Source of the DNA: a bacterium
GTDB lineage: Bacteria > Electryoneota > JAOADG01
Direction: 5' to 3'
Assembly (NCBI GenBank): GCA_963681965.1
Contig: OY820579.1
Location: 3,264,001-3,328,000, forward strand
DNA length: 64,000 nucleotides
A model generated the notes under the pieces. The model was not told the origin of the DNA, made no database searches, and was given only the letters and a program-made list of their open reading frames with translations. Position numbers and translations under genes: made by a program. Positions 53,966 to 63,145 of this stretch are shown here, in pieces (position 1 is the stretch's first letter; each line of letters begins with the position of its first letter).

Positions 53966-54013
53966 AGACCCAGAAGATCGTTCTTTTGAAGTAGTGCCGA
54001 TCTCCGAATCGGC
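53966..54013 (+). repeat. Orphan direct-repeat copy of the 3' end of the LVIVD gene plus adjoining hairpin
   Basis: AGACCCAGAAGATCGTTCTTTTGAAGTAGTGCCGATCTCCGAATCGGC matches 56107-56154 at 46/48 nt and encodes TQKIVLLK-stop. Confidence 0.85.
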
Positions 54014-54619
54014 ATATTTTTTCCGTAGGGGCGTATGGCATACGCCCTTTCTGTTATCTTTTCTTCTTGTGTCCTGTAGTAGGGGCGGGCTCCCATGCCC
54101 GCCCGTTCGTGTATCCTGATTTGTCATTGCGAGGAATGCGCCGTACGGCGTATGTGGCAACCTACTATTTTTTCTGTTTATTCTTTTTGGTAGGGGCGGT
54201 TCGCGAACCGCCCGCCATCTTATATATCTTGATTTGTCGTTGCGAGGAATGCGCCGTACGGCGCGTGACGTGGCAATCTATTTTTTTTTGTAGCCGCAGG
54301 CTTTAGCCTGCGATTTTCTTATTCTTGAATCTTTGTATCCTTTATCCTGAAGTAGGGGCGGGTCCCCGCGCCCGCCCGGTCTGGTGATTTTTTTTGGTAG
54401 CGGCGGACTTTAGTCCGCGTATTGTTTTATTAAAATGATTTTACAAGAATGGCGGACTGAAGTCCGCCGCTACCGAATGAAAAAAAGATTGCCTCAGCCA
54501 CTGCAGGGCTTCGCAATGACAAATCAACAAAATGGGTGTTGGATAATGGGTGGTAGGTGGTGGGAAAAGATAAAGAAAATGATTCAAGACCGGGCGGGCG
54601 CGGGGACCCGCCCCTACTA
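53991..54619. repeat. Mosaic REP-like hairpin array F
   Basis: About 12 hairpins of about 7 types, starting at 53991, 54025, 54079, 54123, 54190, 54236, 54290, 54352 and 54397 (+ orientation) and at 54451, 54487 and 54592 (- orientation). Confidence 0.9.
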
Positions 54620-54749
54620 TATGCTGCGAATATTTACAATTTGGCAGGAATTTCGCTTGGATCTGTTTTGATCCTATACTATTATATTACCATCCCGATA
54701 ATCCGATTACGAACCAATTGCACTGCTATCATCGAGAAAGGAACCACCC

Positions 54750-56135
54750 ATGAAACCGCTCCGTATTCTGCCGTTCCTGCTGGTATCGCTTACTCTGCTC
54801 CTCTCGCTGAACAGCGCGCTGGCACAGGACAGCTCCGGTGTTCGCTGTCTCGGACGGTTTTGGCAAACCAACTCGCTAGGGGTAGCGGTACAGGGCAATT
54901 ATGCCTACGTCGCTGATGGAACATCAGGCTTGCGAATCATCGATATCAGCAATCCGACAAACCCACAACAAGTCGGATTCTACGATACTCCTGGCTTTGC
55001 ACAAGGCGTAACCGTTTCTGGTAATTACGCCTATGTTGCTGATTACACTTCCGGTTTGCGAATCATCGGTATTAGCAATCCGGAAAATCCGCAACAAGTT
55101 GGATTCTACGATACGCCCGGGTATGCACATGGTGTCACCGTTTCCGGCAATTATGCCTATGTTGCCGATGATTACTCTGGTTTGCGAATCATCAATATCA
55201 GCAATCCGGCAAATCCGCAACAAGTTGGTTTCTACGATACGCCCGGGAATGCCCATGGTGTCACCGTTTCCGGCAACTATGCCTATGTAGCCGATGGAGG
55301 ATCCGGTTTACGCATCATCAATATCAGCAATCCGGAAAATCCGCAACCAGTCGGATTCTACGATACACCTGGATATGCTTACGGCGTCACTGTTTCCGGC
55401 AACTATGCCTATGTCGCCGATTAAGGATCCGGTTTACGAATCATCAATATCAGCAATCCGGAAAATCCGCAACAGGTCGGTTTCTACGATACGCCCGGTT
55501 ATGCATATGGTGTCACCGTTTCCGGCAATTATGCCTATGTTGCCGATAGAGAATCCGGTTTACGAATCATCGATGTCAGCAATCCGGCAAGCCCGCAGGA
55601 AGTCGGTTCCTACGATACCCCCGGGTATGCATTTGGAGTAACAGTTTCCGGCAACTATGCCTATGTCGCCGACGGGGATCATGGATTGCGAATCATCAAC
55701 ATCGCAAGTCGGGAACATCCGTATGAGGTCGGATTCTACAATACACCCAGTTACGCATACGATTGTGCTGTGGTGGGCGATACGGTTTATCTGGCAGATG
55801 GATCAAATCTCGGCATCTACGACTGCTCGCAGGCACTCGGTGTGGTCGATCGCGTCAGCGAAACGGTTCCCACTAACTTCTCGCTGAAACCGAATTATCC
55901 CAATCCATTTAATGCCACCACTTCCATCCGCTATGCGATTGCAAAGAGCGGAAAGGTCGATCTGCGGGTATTCGATGTGGCTGGCAAAGAGATCGCGAAA
56001 CTGGTCAATTTCTATCAGGATCCCGGTGAATACACGTTTACATTCGATGGCAAGAGTCTCGCCACTGGCACGTATTTCGTGCGCCTCACCGCCGGCAATT
56101 TCACCCAGACTCAGAAGATCGTTCTCTTGAAGTAG
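54750..56135 (+). pseudogene. Secreted LVIVD-repeat beta-propeller with T9SS-type CTD, interrupted by one in-frame TAA
   Basis: RBS AAGGA, signal peptide, eight 42-aa blades ([42 protein letters not shown]), TAA at 55422-55424; the same frame continues to YPNPFN...TGTYFV...QKIVLLK and TAG at 56135. Confidence 0.88.
54882..55805 (+). repeat. Intragenic tandem repeat, 126-bp period
   Basis: The codon after (V/L)AD recurs at exactly 54918, 55044, 55170, 55296, 55422, 55548, 55674 and 55800. Confidence 0.95.
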
Positions 56136-56428
56136 TGCCGATCTCCGAATCGGCTCTTTTGTCGTTTTATCCTTTTCTCTATTCAATCGATAAAGATGGA
56201 AAAAAGATTGAAAAACGCCCAATCGGAGTTGGGCAGTAGTGCCGATCTCCGAATCGGCATCTTTTTTCCGTAGGGGCGTATCGCATACGCCCTTTCTGTT
56301 ATCTTTTCTTCTTGTGTCCTGTAGTAGGGGCGGGTCCCCGCGCCCGCCCGGTCTTGAATCATTTTCATTATCTTTTCCCACCACCTACCACCCATTACCC
56401 AACACCCATTTTGTTGATTTGTCATTGC
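56132..56428. repeat. Mosaic REP-like array G, left part
   Basis: 56236-56334 is a ~99-bp direct repeat of 53991-54089; 56322-56428 is the reverse complement of ~54513-54619. Confidence 0.9.
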
Positions 56429-57493
56429 GGGCATAAACGCAAAAATGTGTGCTGAGATCGCTAGTAACTCAAGATTTTCTTTGCTATTATAAGAACCATT
56501 TGCTAACGTAAATCACTTAGGTGCACTTTCATGGCTCTTCGACATTGTCCAATTTGCCTCTGCACGGATCTAAAAAAACGGTCATTACAGTAACGGTCGT
56601 CAACGCTGGTTTTGTCGTACTTGTCGGCATTCATTCCGCCATGAGCGTCGATCTCCCGACTGGTTTCAGCTTTGGATCGCCGAAGGATATTCGATCCGTC
56701 AACTCTGCTGCCAAAGCGGCTGCAGTCCACGCTCGTTATGGAACACGATCCAACAAAGGCTGTCGGAGCCACCGCCGGACGATTTCGGTTCGCTTTCGCA
56801 TCACCGTCATCTATTGATCGACGGGACGTTTCTGACACGGAGCGCATCGATCGTCGCTTTGATGGATGGCGCGTCGACGACGATCGTCGACGGTTCTTAC
56901 AATGTAAAAGAAAACGTTGCCGACCAGGTTCGACGCTTCTTGCAACCTCTTATCGCACGCGGCCTGAACCCGATCAGTTGCACTGTCGACGGAAACCCGC
57001 ATGTAATACGGATTCTGCGCGAATTATGGCCGCAGATCAAGGTGCAGCGTTGCCTTGTACACATCCAACGTCAGGGATTACGGTGGTGTCGTCGCAATCC
57101 TAAAAGAACCGATGCCAGGAAACTAGCGGAACTGTTTACGACGGTCGTTGAGATCGATACTAAAGCCAAACGCGACAGCTTTATAAAAAAAACACAACAA
57201 TGGGAAAAGCGCTATGGCAAAGCGGTCGCGGCACCGACTGGCGGTTGGATCGCAAGCGACCTGAAATGTGCCAGAAGTATGCTGTTAAAGGCGATCCCGG
57301 ATATGTTCTATTATCTCGACGAACCAACCATACCAACGTCAACCAATGCGTTGGAAGGATACTTTTCGCGATTGAAAGCGAAGTATCGGAACCACCGCGG
57401 ACTCAAAGAACAGAAACGATTCAATTACTTCAAATGGTACTTTCAAATGACACCTAAGTAGCGATCCCAGCACACATTTTTGCGTTTATGCCC
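56429..57493 (+). mobile_element. Insertion sequence, IS256-family-like (Zn-ribbon/IS1249-like variant)
   Basis: 35-bp terminal inverted repeats GGGCATAAACGCAAAAATGTGTGCTG(A/G)GATCGCTA with 1 mismatch; target duplication ATTGC, or CATTGCG if the ends are 56430/57492. Confidence 0.9.
56531..57461 (+). CDS. DDE transposase with N-terminal Zn ribbon, frameshifted at an A7 run
   Basis: MALRHCPICLCTDLK, then a +1 (or -2) frame change at 56572-56578 to NGHYSNGRQRWFCRTCRHSF...LLIDGTFL...TVDG...QRCLVH...TNALEGYFSRLK...HRGL. Confidence 0.8.
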
Positions 57494-57765
57494 ATTGCGA
57501 AGCCCTGCAGTGGCTGAGGCAATCTTTTTTCATTCGGTAGCGGCGGACTTCAGTCCGCCATTCTTGTAAAATCATTTAAAAAAAACAATACGCGGACTAA
57601 AGTCCGCCGCTACCAAAAAAAATCACCAGACCGGGCGGCGCGGGAACCCGCCCCTACTAAAAAAGAGAGTCGGAATAAATTTCGACCTACTGAAAAAAAG
57701 GGGATCGCAGGCTCGGAGGTCTGCGCCACCGAAAGGATGGGTGATGGGTGATGGGTGGTGGTTGA
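57494..57765. repeat. Mosaic REP-like array G, right part
   Basis: 57494-57658 is the reverse complement of ~54351-54517; it is followed by inverted GTAGGTCGAAATTTATTCCGAC and GTGGCGCAGACCTCCGAGCCTGCG hairpins and (GATGGGT)3 heptamers. Confidence 0.9.
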
Positions 57766-57778
57766 GGATGAATTAATC

Positions 57779-58303
57779 TTAAGCAATATGATTTTGAGCC
57801 ATCAACAAATCGAGATATGCCCCGGCAATCAAATCCTCTTCGCGGATATCGATCAATTTCATTAAGTTAGCAGCAATCGCTTGACCCTCTTCCACAGTCT
57901 GTTCCGGTGTCAAAACCACTTCGAGTTCGAGAAAGTCACCCAACCCTTCGACCCGATCCAAATGGACCCGCGTTTGACCAATCAAATAAAGATGACGTAC
58001 TTTCTTAACTTCACCCACTATTCCATTGGATAATGCAAGAGTTCGAGTTAACTGTTCAGGATCATTCGTGCGGTAAATCAGATAGTTGGAAACCTTCGCA
58101 TCGGTGTGGTCGGAACGCTGGTAAAAGATCAACTCCCCCAACCCATCCGGAAACACCCGCAGCTTCAATCGTCCATTCGGACAATTGAAAAAGGTATCGC
58201 TCTGGCGAAGCACGACACATTCCGAAGTTGCGAGTTGCGCGACCCGTGCTTCGGTCGCAGCCAAATCCCGCAGTCGTGCCTTGATTTCGATGTTTCGATT
58301 CAT
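57779..58303 (-). CDS. CYTH-domain protein (class IV adenylate cyclase-like)
   Basis: NIEIKAR (ExK), QSDTFF, RLKLR, VKKVR, HLDRVEGLGDFLELE. Confidence 0.92.
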   Translation of the reverse strand: MNRNIEIKARLRDLAATEARVAQLATSECVVLRQSDTFFNCPNGRLKLRVFPDGLGELIFYQRSDHTDAKVSNYLIYRTNDPEQLTRTLALSNGIVGEVKKVRHLYLIGQTRVHLDRVEGLGDFLELEVVLTPEQTVEEGQAIAANLMKLIDIREEDLIAGAYLDLLMAQNHIA

Positions 58304-58315
58304 TGCTCCATCCAT

Positions 58316-58347
58316 AAAAAAAAGGTCGAACGTTACCGTTCAACCTT
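58316..58347 (-). terminator. Intrinsic terminator after the NlpC/P60 gene
   Basis: Minus strand AAGGTTGAACG-GTAA-CGTTCGACCTT followed by a T-run. Confidence 0.7.
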
Positions 58348-58374
58348 CCAAAAAAATGTTACTGCAACAAGCTG

Positions 58375-59100
58375 CTACCGTGTTGCTCGTGACGTCGAAT
58401 CCGCAACGATCGTGGAATTCTTCAGATCGGGTTCGTTCGGATCGCCCCCCTCTTCGATGTGCAGAGTCACTGGCGGAACGGCATGAAGGATATCGGGAAT
58501 ATCCAACCGGCGTGCGCCATAATATCGCTTCGCCCAGTAGCCCGATTCGATTGTCGATACGGTCACTCCGCGTCGCGAAGCGTGGGCAAAACGCCCTTCG
58601 CTCAAATAAATCCCGACATGATTGACCCGGGTCTTGCGCCGGGCAAAGATCAGAATGTCGCCGTAGCGCAATGAATCACGCACGACCGTCTTTTCGATTT
58701 TCGCGATATCGCGCGAATTGCGGGGTAAGTCAATTCCCAACGATTCGAATACTTCATTGACAAAACCGGAACAATCGATCCCTTTGCGGCTCTTGCCACC
58801 GTACCGGTAGCGCGTTCCCAACCACTGTGCGATCGCCACCGTCAACGGGTGTTGTTTACCGGAAATATCCATGCTGTCAAGCGATTTTTCCGAATGCGTC
58901 GCTAAATAGATATCGAGTTCGGCTTGGTCTAACGTGTCTTCGGTGAATAAGGGAGAAGGTTTTGAGTAATCGTATGCTTGAGCGGGTGGTTTGAGAATGG
59001 GTGTTTCCCTGCAGAAATAGCGTGGTGCGGAAACACACCCGGCGAGGATAATCGACAGTGGTAATAATAGCAATAGTAGGCGCTTCGTCGGTTTCTTCAT
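58375..59100 (-). CDS. NlpC/P60 (C40) peptidase lipoprotein
   Basis: Lipobox LAGC, GTRYRYGG, GIDCSGF, HVGIY, HAS. Confidence 0.93.
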   Translation of the reverse strand: MKKPTKRLLLLLLPLSIILAGCVSAPRYFCRETPILKPPAQAYDYSKPSPLFTEDTLDQAELDIYLATHSEKSLDSMDISGKQHPLTVAIAQWLGTRYRYGGKSRKGIDCSGFVNEVFESLGIDLPRNSRDIAKIEKTVVRDSLRYGDILIFARRKTRVNHVGIYLSEGRFAHASRRGVTVSTIESGYWAKRYYGARRLDIPDILHAVPPVTLHIEEGGDPNEPDLKNSTIVADSTSRATR

Positions 59101-59191
59101 ATCGCTCAAGTTAGGTCTCGTTCGTAGCAAATTAGTGCGAGAAAATCATCCTCAATCGTATCGATCGAGTCTTCACCACGAACAAAACCGG

Positions 59192-60052
59192 TTAGTCAAG
59201 AATTAATCGGGCTATTAATTGTTTCCGATGATCATCGGAAGTATATGTTAATACTATTTTTCCACGTTCTTCGTTGCCCGTTAACGTAACGATGCAACCG
59301 AACTTCTCTTCCAATTTACTACGCAAAACCGGATCGTCAAAATCGGAGCGATTGACCGCTTTTTGTCGCGGCATTCGCTTCACACCAACGAAGTTCTGGA
59401 CCAGCAATTCGGTTTGACGCACATTCATATTTTGCTCTAAGATAGTGCGCCAAAGCATCGGAATATCCTTATCTTGTGCGCCAAGCAATGCACGTCCGTG
59501 CCCCTCGCTGATTTCAGCCCGTCGAATGCTTTCCTGTACAGCACTTGGTAGCGTCAACAACCGTAACGTATTGGTTACTGTCGGTCGTGCCCGTCCAAGA
59601 TGCTTCGCCAGTTCCTCATGTTTCCAACCCGTCTCTTCGAGCACTCGCTGGCAACCGATCGCAAATTCAATCGCATTCAGATCTTCACGCTGCAAATTCT
59701 CCATCAGCGTGATCACGCCCCGCTCACCGTCGTTCAGATCGTGCAACACCCGCGCCGGAATTTCCACCAGTCCGGCAATCTTCGATGCTCGTAACCGCCG
59801 CTCCCCAGCCAATAATTGAAAGACGCCCGGTTCCAGCTCTTCCACCAGAATCGGTTGCAAAACCCCTTGTTCGCTAATCGAATCAGCCAACTCTTTGAGT
59901 GCCGCCATGTCGAAATCACGGCGCGGTTGTAACGGATTCGGCGCAATCGCATCGACCGGGACCGCGCGAAATTCTTTCGGTTCGGTATCCTCGGTGGCAC
60001 CCGGGATCAATGCGGACAATCCCCGCCCTAAACTTGGCATTTTAGTTTTCAT
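59192..60052 (-). CDS. parB: ParB/Spo0J chromosome partition protein
   Basis: LGRGLSALI, QPRRDF, AGERRLRA, ENLQREDL, HTH. Confidence 0.96.
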   Translation of the reverse strand: MKTKMPSLGRGLSALIPGATEDTEPKEFRAVPVDAIAPNPLQPRRDFDMAALKELADSISEQGVLQPILVEELEPGVFQLLAGERRLRASKIAGLVEIPARVLHDLNDGERGVITLMENLQREDLNAIEFAIGCQRVLEETGWKHEELAKHLGRARPTVTNTLRLLTLPSAVQESIRRAEISEGHGRALLGAQDKDIPMLWRTILEQNMNVRQTELLVQNFVGVKRMPRQKAVNRSDFDDPVLRSKLEEKFGCIVTLTGNEERGKIVLTYTSDDHRKQLIARLILD

Positions 60053-60809
60053 CGAAAATCAACTCCTCGGCTAACGCGAGATAGTTTTTCGCACCGCGGC
60101 TGGTGATATCATATTGAAAAATCGGCAATCCGTGCGAAGGTGCTTCAGATAATTTAACCGACCGGAAGATCGCCGTATCGAATACCCGCCCTTTGAAAAA
60201 TCGCTTGACGTCGTCGCGCACCTGTTTCGAGAGACTGAGACGCTGATCGTACATCGTCAACACTGCCCCCTCGATTTCGAGATTCGCGTTCAGATGTCGT
60301 TTGACCAACCGGATCGTATTCAACAGTTGGGTCAACCCTTCCAATGCATAATATTCGGCTTGAATCGGAATCAGTACCGAGTCGGCAGCCGTCAGTGCAT
60401 TCAAAGTCAACAACCCCAACGATGGGGGACAATCGATGATAATCCATTCGAAATCGTCACGCATACCGGCAGTAGCATTTTTCAACATCCGCTCGCGCGA
60501 CATCATCGGTACCAATTCGATTTCCGCACCAACCAATTTAATTTGCGCGGGAATCAGTTTGAGGAATTCCAATTGTGTATCGAGCAAACAATCAACGTAG
60601 GAAACCTCTTTCATCAGCAATTCATAACTACCGGGATGCTCCGCCGGCACTTCAACCCCAAGTCCACTCGTCGCATTCGCTTGCGGGTCGAGATCGATCA
60701 ATAGCGTCGGTCGTTCGGCTAAAGCAATGGCTGCAGCGAGATTGATCGCAGTGGTCGTCTTACCGACGCCACCTTTTTGATTGGCTACAACCATAATCTT
60801 ACCGGGCAT
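60042..60809 (-). CDS. parA: ParA/Soj ATPase
   Basis: NQKGGVGKTTT, DLDPQANAT, IDCPPSLG, EAPSHG. Confidence 0.97.
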   Translation of the reverse strand: MPGKIMVVANQKGGVGKTTTAINLAAAIALAERPTLLIDLDPQANATSGLGVEVPAEHPGSYELLMKEVSYVDCLLDTQLEFLKLIPAQIKLVGAEIELVPMMSRERMLKNATAGMRDDFEWIIIDCPPSLGLLTLNALTAADSVLIPIQAEYYALEGLTQLLNTIRLVKRHLNANLEIEGAVLTMYDQRLSLSKQVRDDVKRFFKGRVFDTAIFRSVKLSEAPSHGLPIFQYDITSRGAKNYLALAEELIFDEN

Positions 60810-60854
60810 GGTTCGCTTTGTCTCCTCAAGTTGCATTGCTAAGATCGAAAAAAA

Positions 60855-60868
60855 TGTTCCACGAAACA
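60855..60868. promoter_or_regulatory. Degenerate parS-like site
   Basis: TGTTCCACGAAACA versus consensus TGTTNCACGTGAAACA (2 nt missing), just upstream of parA. Confidence 0.3.
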
Positions 60869-60965
60869 AATAGCGACCCACCTAATTGGCAAGTCGCTAA
60901 AATATATAATGATAACTAACTGCATCAGAGTGTTTCACAAAAAATAGCCGAAACAGCCCGAAACA

Positions 60966-63077
60966 CTACGCTACATGACCAAATTCGATCCGTTCTGCGA
61001 ACCTCGCTTCGAATTCTTGCCAGATGTCGCTGCCGTCCGAACGCGGGTGCGCTTGGAAAAATCGGTCGGCTTCCTCCCGCATTCTCAATACCCAATCCTT
61101 GTCCTCTACCAGATCTGCCCATTTAAGTTCCGGTAAACCATGCTGACGGGTACCGAAATACTCCCCGGCACCCCGGAGACGGAGATCAATCTCGGAGAGT
61201 TCGAAACCGTCGGTCGATTTCTTCAATGCCGTAATCCGTTGCTGAACGATTTTCGAATCCAGTGAATAGACGATCAGCACACATTGCGAGGCAATTTTCC
61301 CGCGCCCGATCCGACCCCGCAACTGATGCAATTGCGAAAGTCCGAACCGCTCCGCATGTTCGATCACCAGCATCGTCGCATTCGGCACATCGACGCCTAC
61401 TTCAATCACAGTCGTGGCAATCAGCACTTTAAATTCGTTCCGGTAGAACCGGTGCAGTACGCTATTCTTCTCTTCCAGCGACATCCGTCCGTGCAACAGA
61501 CCGCACTCGACATCGGACAAAATGCCGGTGCGCAGTTTCTCATATTCCGCAGTCGCCGCTTTCAGATCCATTACGTCGCTCTCTTCCACCAGTGGAAAAA
61601 CGACGTAGCTCTGCCTTCCCGCCAGTGCATTGTCGCGAACCAGGTGATACACTTCATCCCGTTTGCTCGGCGTCACACCTACCGTCTTGATCGCTCCACG
61701 CTGTGCCGGTTTTTCGTCTAGCCGCGACACATCCAGATCGCCGAACAGCGTCATGGCAAGTGTCCGGGGAATCGGCGTCGCCGTCATCACCAGCGTGTGT
61801 ACTCCTGTCCCTTTTTCGGTCAAGATGCCGCGCTGCCGGACACCGAAGCGATGCTGTTCATCGATGATCGCAATGCCCAGTGAGTGAAATTTCACTCGCT
61901 GTTGAATCAAGGCGTGGGTGCCGATCAATACTTGAATATCGCCCGTCTGCACCCCGCCGAGAATCTCGCGCTGGCGGGCGGCACTCATCCCCGAAACCAG
62001 CAATCCAACCCGCACACCCAGTTCATCGAACCGCTCTACCGAAGTCAGGTAATGTTGCTCAGCCAGCACTTCGGTCGGTGCCATCAGCGCCCCCTGCCAG
62101 CCGGACTCGACGCCCATCATCAGACTTAGCAGCGCGATTACGGTTTTGCCGCTCCCGACATCGCCCTGCAATAGCCGCAGCATCGGACGCGGTTGCCGGA
62201 GATCTTTGTAGATCTCGTTGAGTACCCGTCGCTGTCCGTTGGTCAATTCGAATGGGAATTTTTTCAGCAGTCCGCGGGTCAAGTCGCCGACTTCTTGCAG
62301 GACTGGCGCCGATACTGCTTGGAATTCCGCGCGCTTTTTCCAGATTGCCAGTTGGAAAAAGAACAGCTCTTCTGCAACCCGGTAGCGCCGTCCGGCTTCC
62401 ACGTCCAGTTGCGATTCCGGCAGATGCAAATTCCGCAGTGCGGTGAGACGATCGGTCAATCCGCAGCGTGCCCGGCAATCTTCCGGCAGGGTTTCGGTCA
62501 GGGAAATATTTTCGAGGATCGATTGTGCCAATTTCTGATAGCCGCGACTCCCCAACCCGACCCGCGCCAGTCCTTCGTTGCCGGCATAGATCGGAACAAT
62601 CCTGCCATTCTCGCGGTAGGCGTCGCGCAGCTCTTCGTCGGGCAGTTTTTCTACGGCGGGGTGGGCGAAGGACGGTCGACCGCGGCTGAGCGTCACCTTC
62701 CCGGAAATGGCATACCACTCATCCACCACAAAGCTGTTGCGGAACAGGTGCAGTCCTTCGAAAAACGCCAACTCGAATTCGCCGGTGTCGTCGCGCATCA
62801 TCACCCGCAGTACCCGCTTGCGCATCCGACCGCGGAAAAATTGCTCACCGAACGACTCGACTTTCCCGATCACCGTCACAGCTTGCCCATCGCAGGTGAA
62901 CAGCTCGCCTGCCTGCTTCACATTCGTTCGGTCGACATACCGCCGGGGGTAGCGCAACAACGCTTCGCCGACGGTGAAGATCTCGACAGCCGCCAGCGCC
63001 TCACGCCGGTTTGCGCCGATGAGGCGTACCGCGTCGATGGGGGATTGCCATGTGAGTGCTTCGGGATTGGTGGTCAT
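60966..63077 (-). CDS. recG: ATP-dependent DNA helicase RecG
   Basis: [50 protein letters not shown]. Confidence 0.97.
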   Translation of the reverse strand: MTTNPEALTWQSPIDAVRLIGANRREALAAVEIFTVGEALLRYPRRYVDRTNVKQAGELFTCDGQAVTVIGKVESFGEQFFRGRMRKRVLRVMMRDDTGEFELAFFEGLHLFRNSFVVDEWYAISGKVTLSRGRPSFAHPAVEKLPDEELRDAYRENGRIVPIYAGNEGLARVGLGSRGYQKLAQSILENISLTETLPEDCRARCGLTDRLTALRNLHLPESQLDVEAGRRYRVAEELFFFQLAIWKKRAEFQAVSAPVLQEVGDLTRGLLKKFPFELTNGQRRVLNEIYKDLRQPRPMLRLLQGDVGSGKTVIALLSLMMGVESGWQGALMAPTEVLAEQHYLTSVERFDELGVRVGLLVSGMSAARQREILGGVQTGDIQVLIGTHALIQQRVKFHSLGIAIIDEQHRFGVRQRGILTEKGTGVHTLVMTATPIPRTLAMTLFGDLDVSRLDEKPAQRGAIKTVGVTPSKRDEVYHLVRDNALAGRQSYVVFPLVEESDVMDLKAATAEYEKLRTGILSDVECGLLHGRMSLEEKNSVLHRFYRNEFKVLIATTVIEVGVDVPNATMLVIEHAERFGLSQLHQLRGRIGRGKIASQCVLIVYSLDSKIVQQRITALKKSTDGFELSEIDLRLRGAGEYFGTRQHGLPELKWADLVEDKDWVLRMREEADRFFQAHPRSDGSDIWQEFEARFAERIEFGHVA

Positions 63078-63145
63078 TAATCGGAAACCGTATTGTTTGA
63101 TCAATCAAAGATGAGCTTTTTTTTCGGACAGTTCAAGTCGTAAAG

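Noticed and set aside
53991-54619. CRISPR array
   Set aside because: No identical direct repeat with regular unique spacers, units occur in both orientations, and no cas genes are present.
55422-55424. Selenocysteine or pyrrolysine recoding of the internal stop
   Set aside because: The codon is TAA, not TGA or TAG, and TAA terminates other genes normally in this window.
54750-56135. Complete diversity-generating retroelement
   Set aside because: No reverse transcriptase, accessory gene or template repeat in the window, and some differences are not at adenines; kept only as a minor hypothesis.
56429-57493. IS transposase as the enzyme that built the hairpin arrays
   Set aside because: It is a DDE enzyme with its own terminal repeats and target duplication, and it inserted after the inverted repeat had formed.
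62193-63080. Long antisense ORFs (also 23383-24141 and 16805-17551)
   Set aside because: Shadow frames opposite well-supported housekeeping genes.
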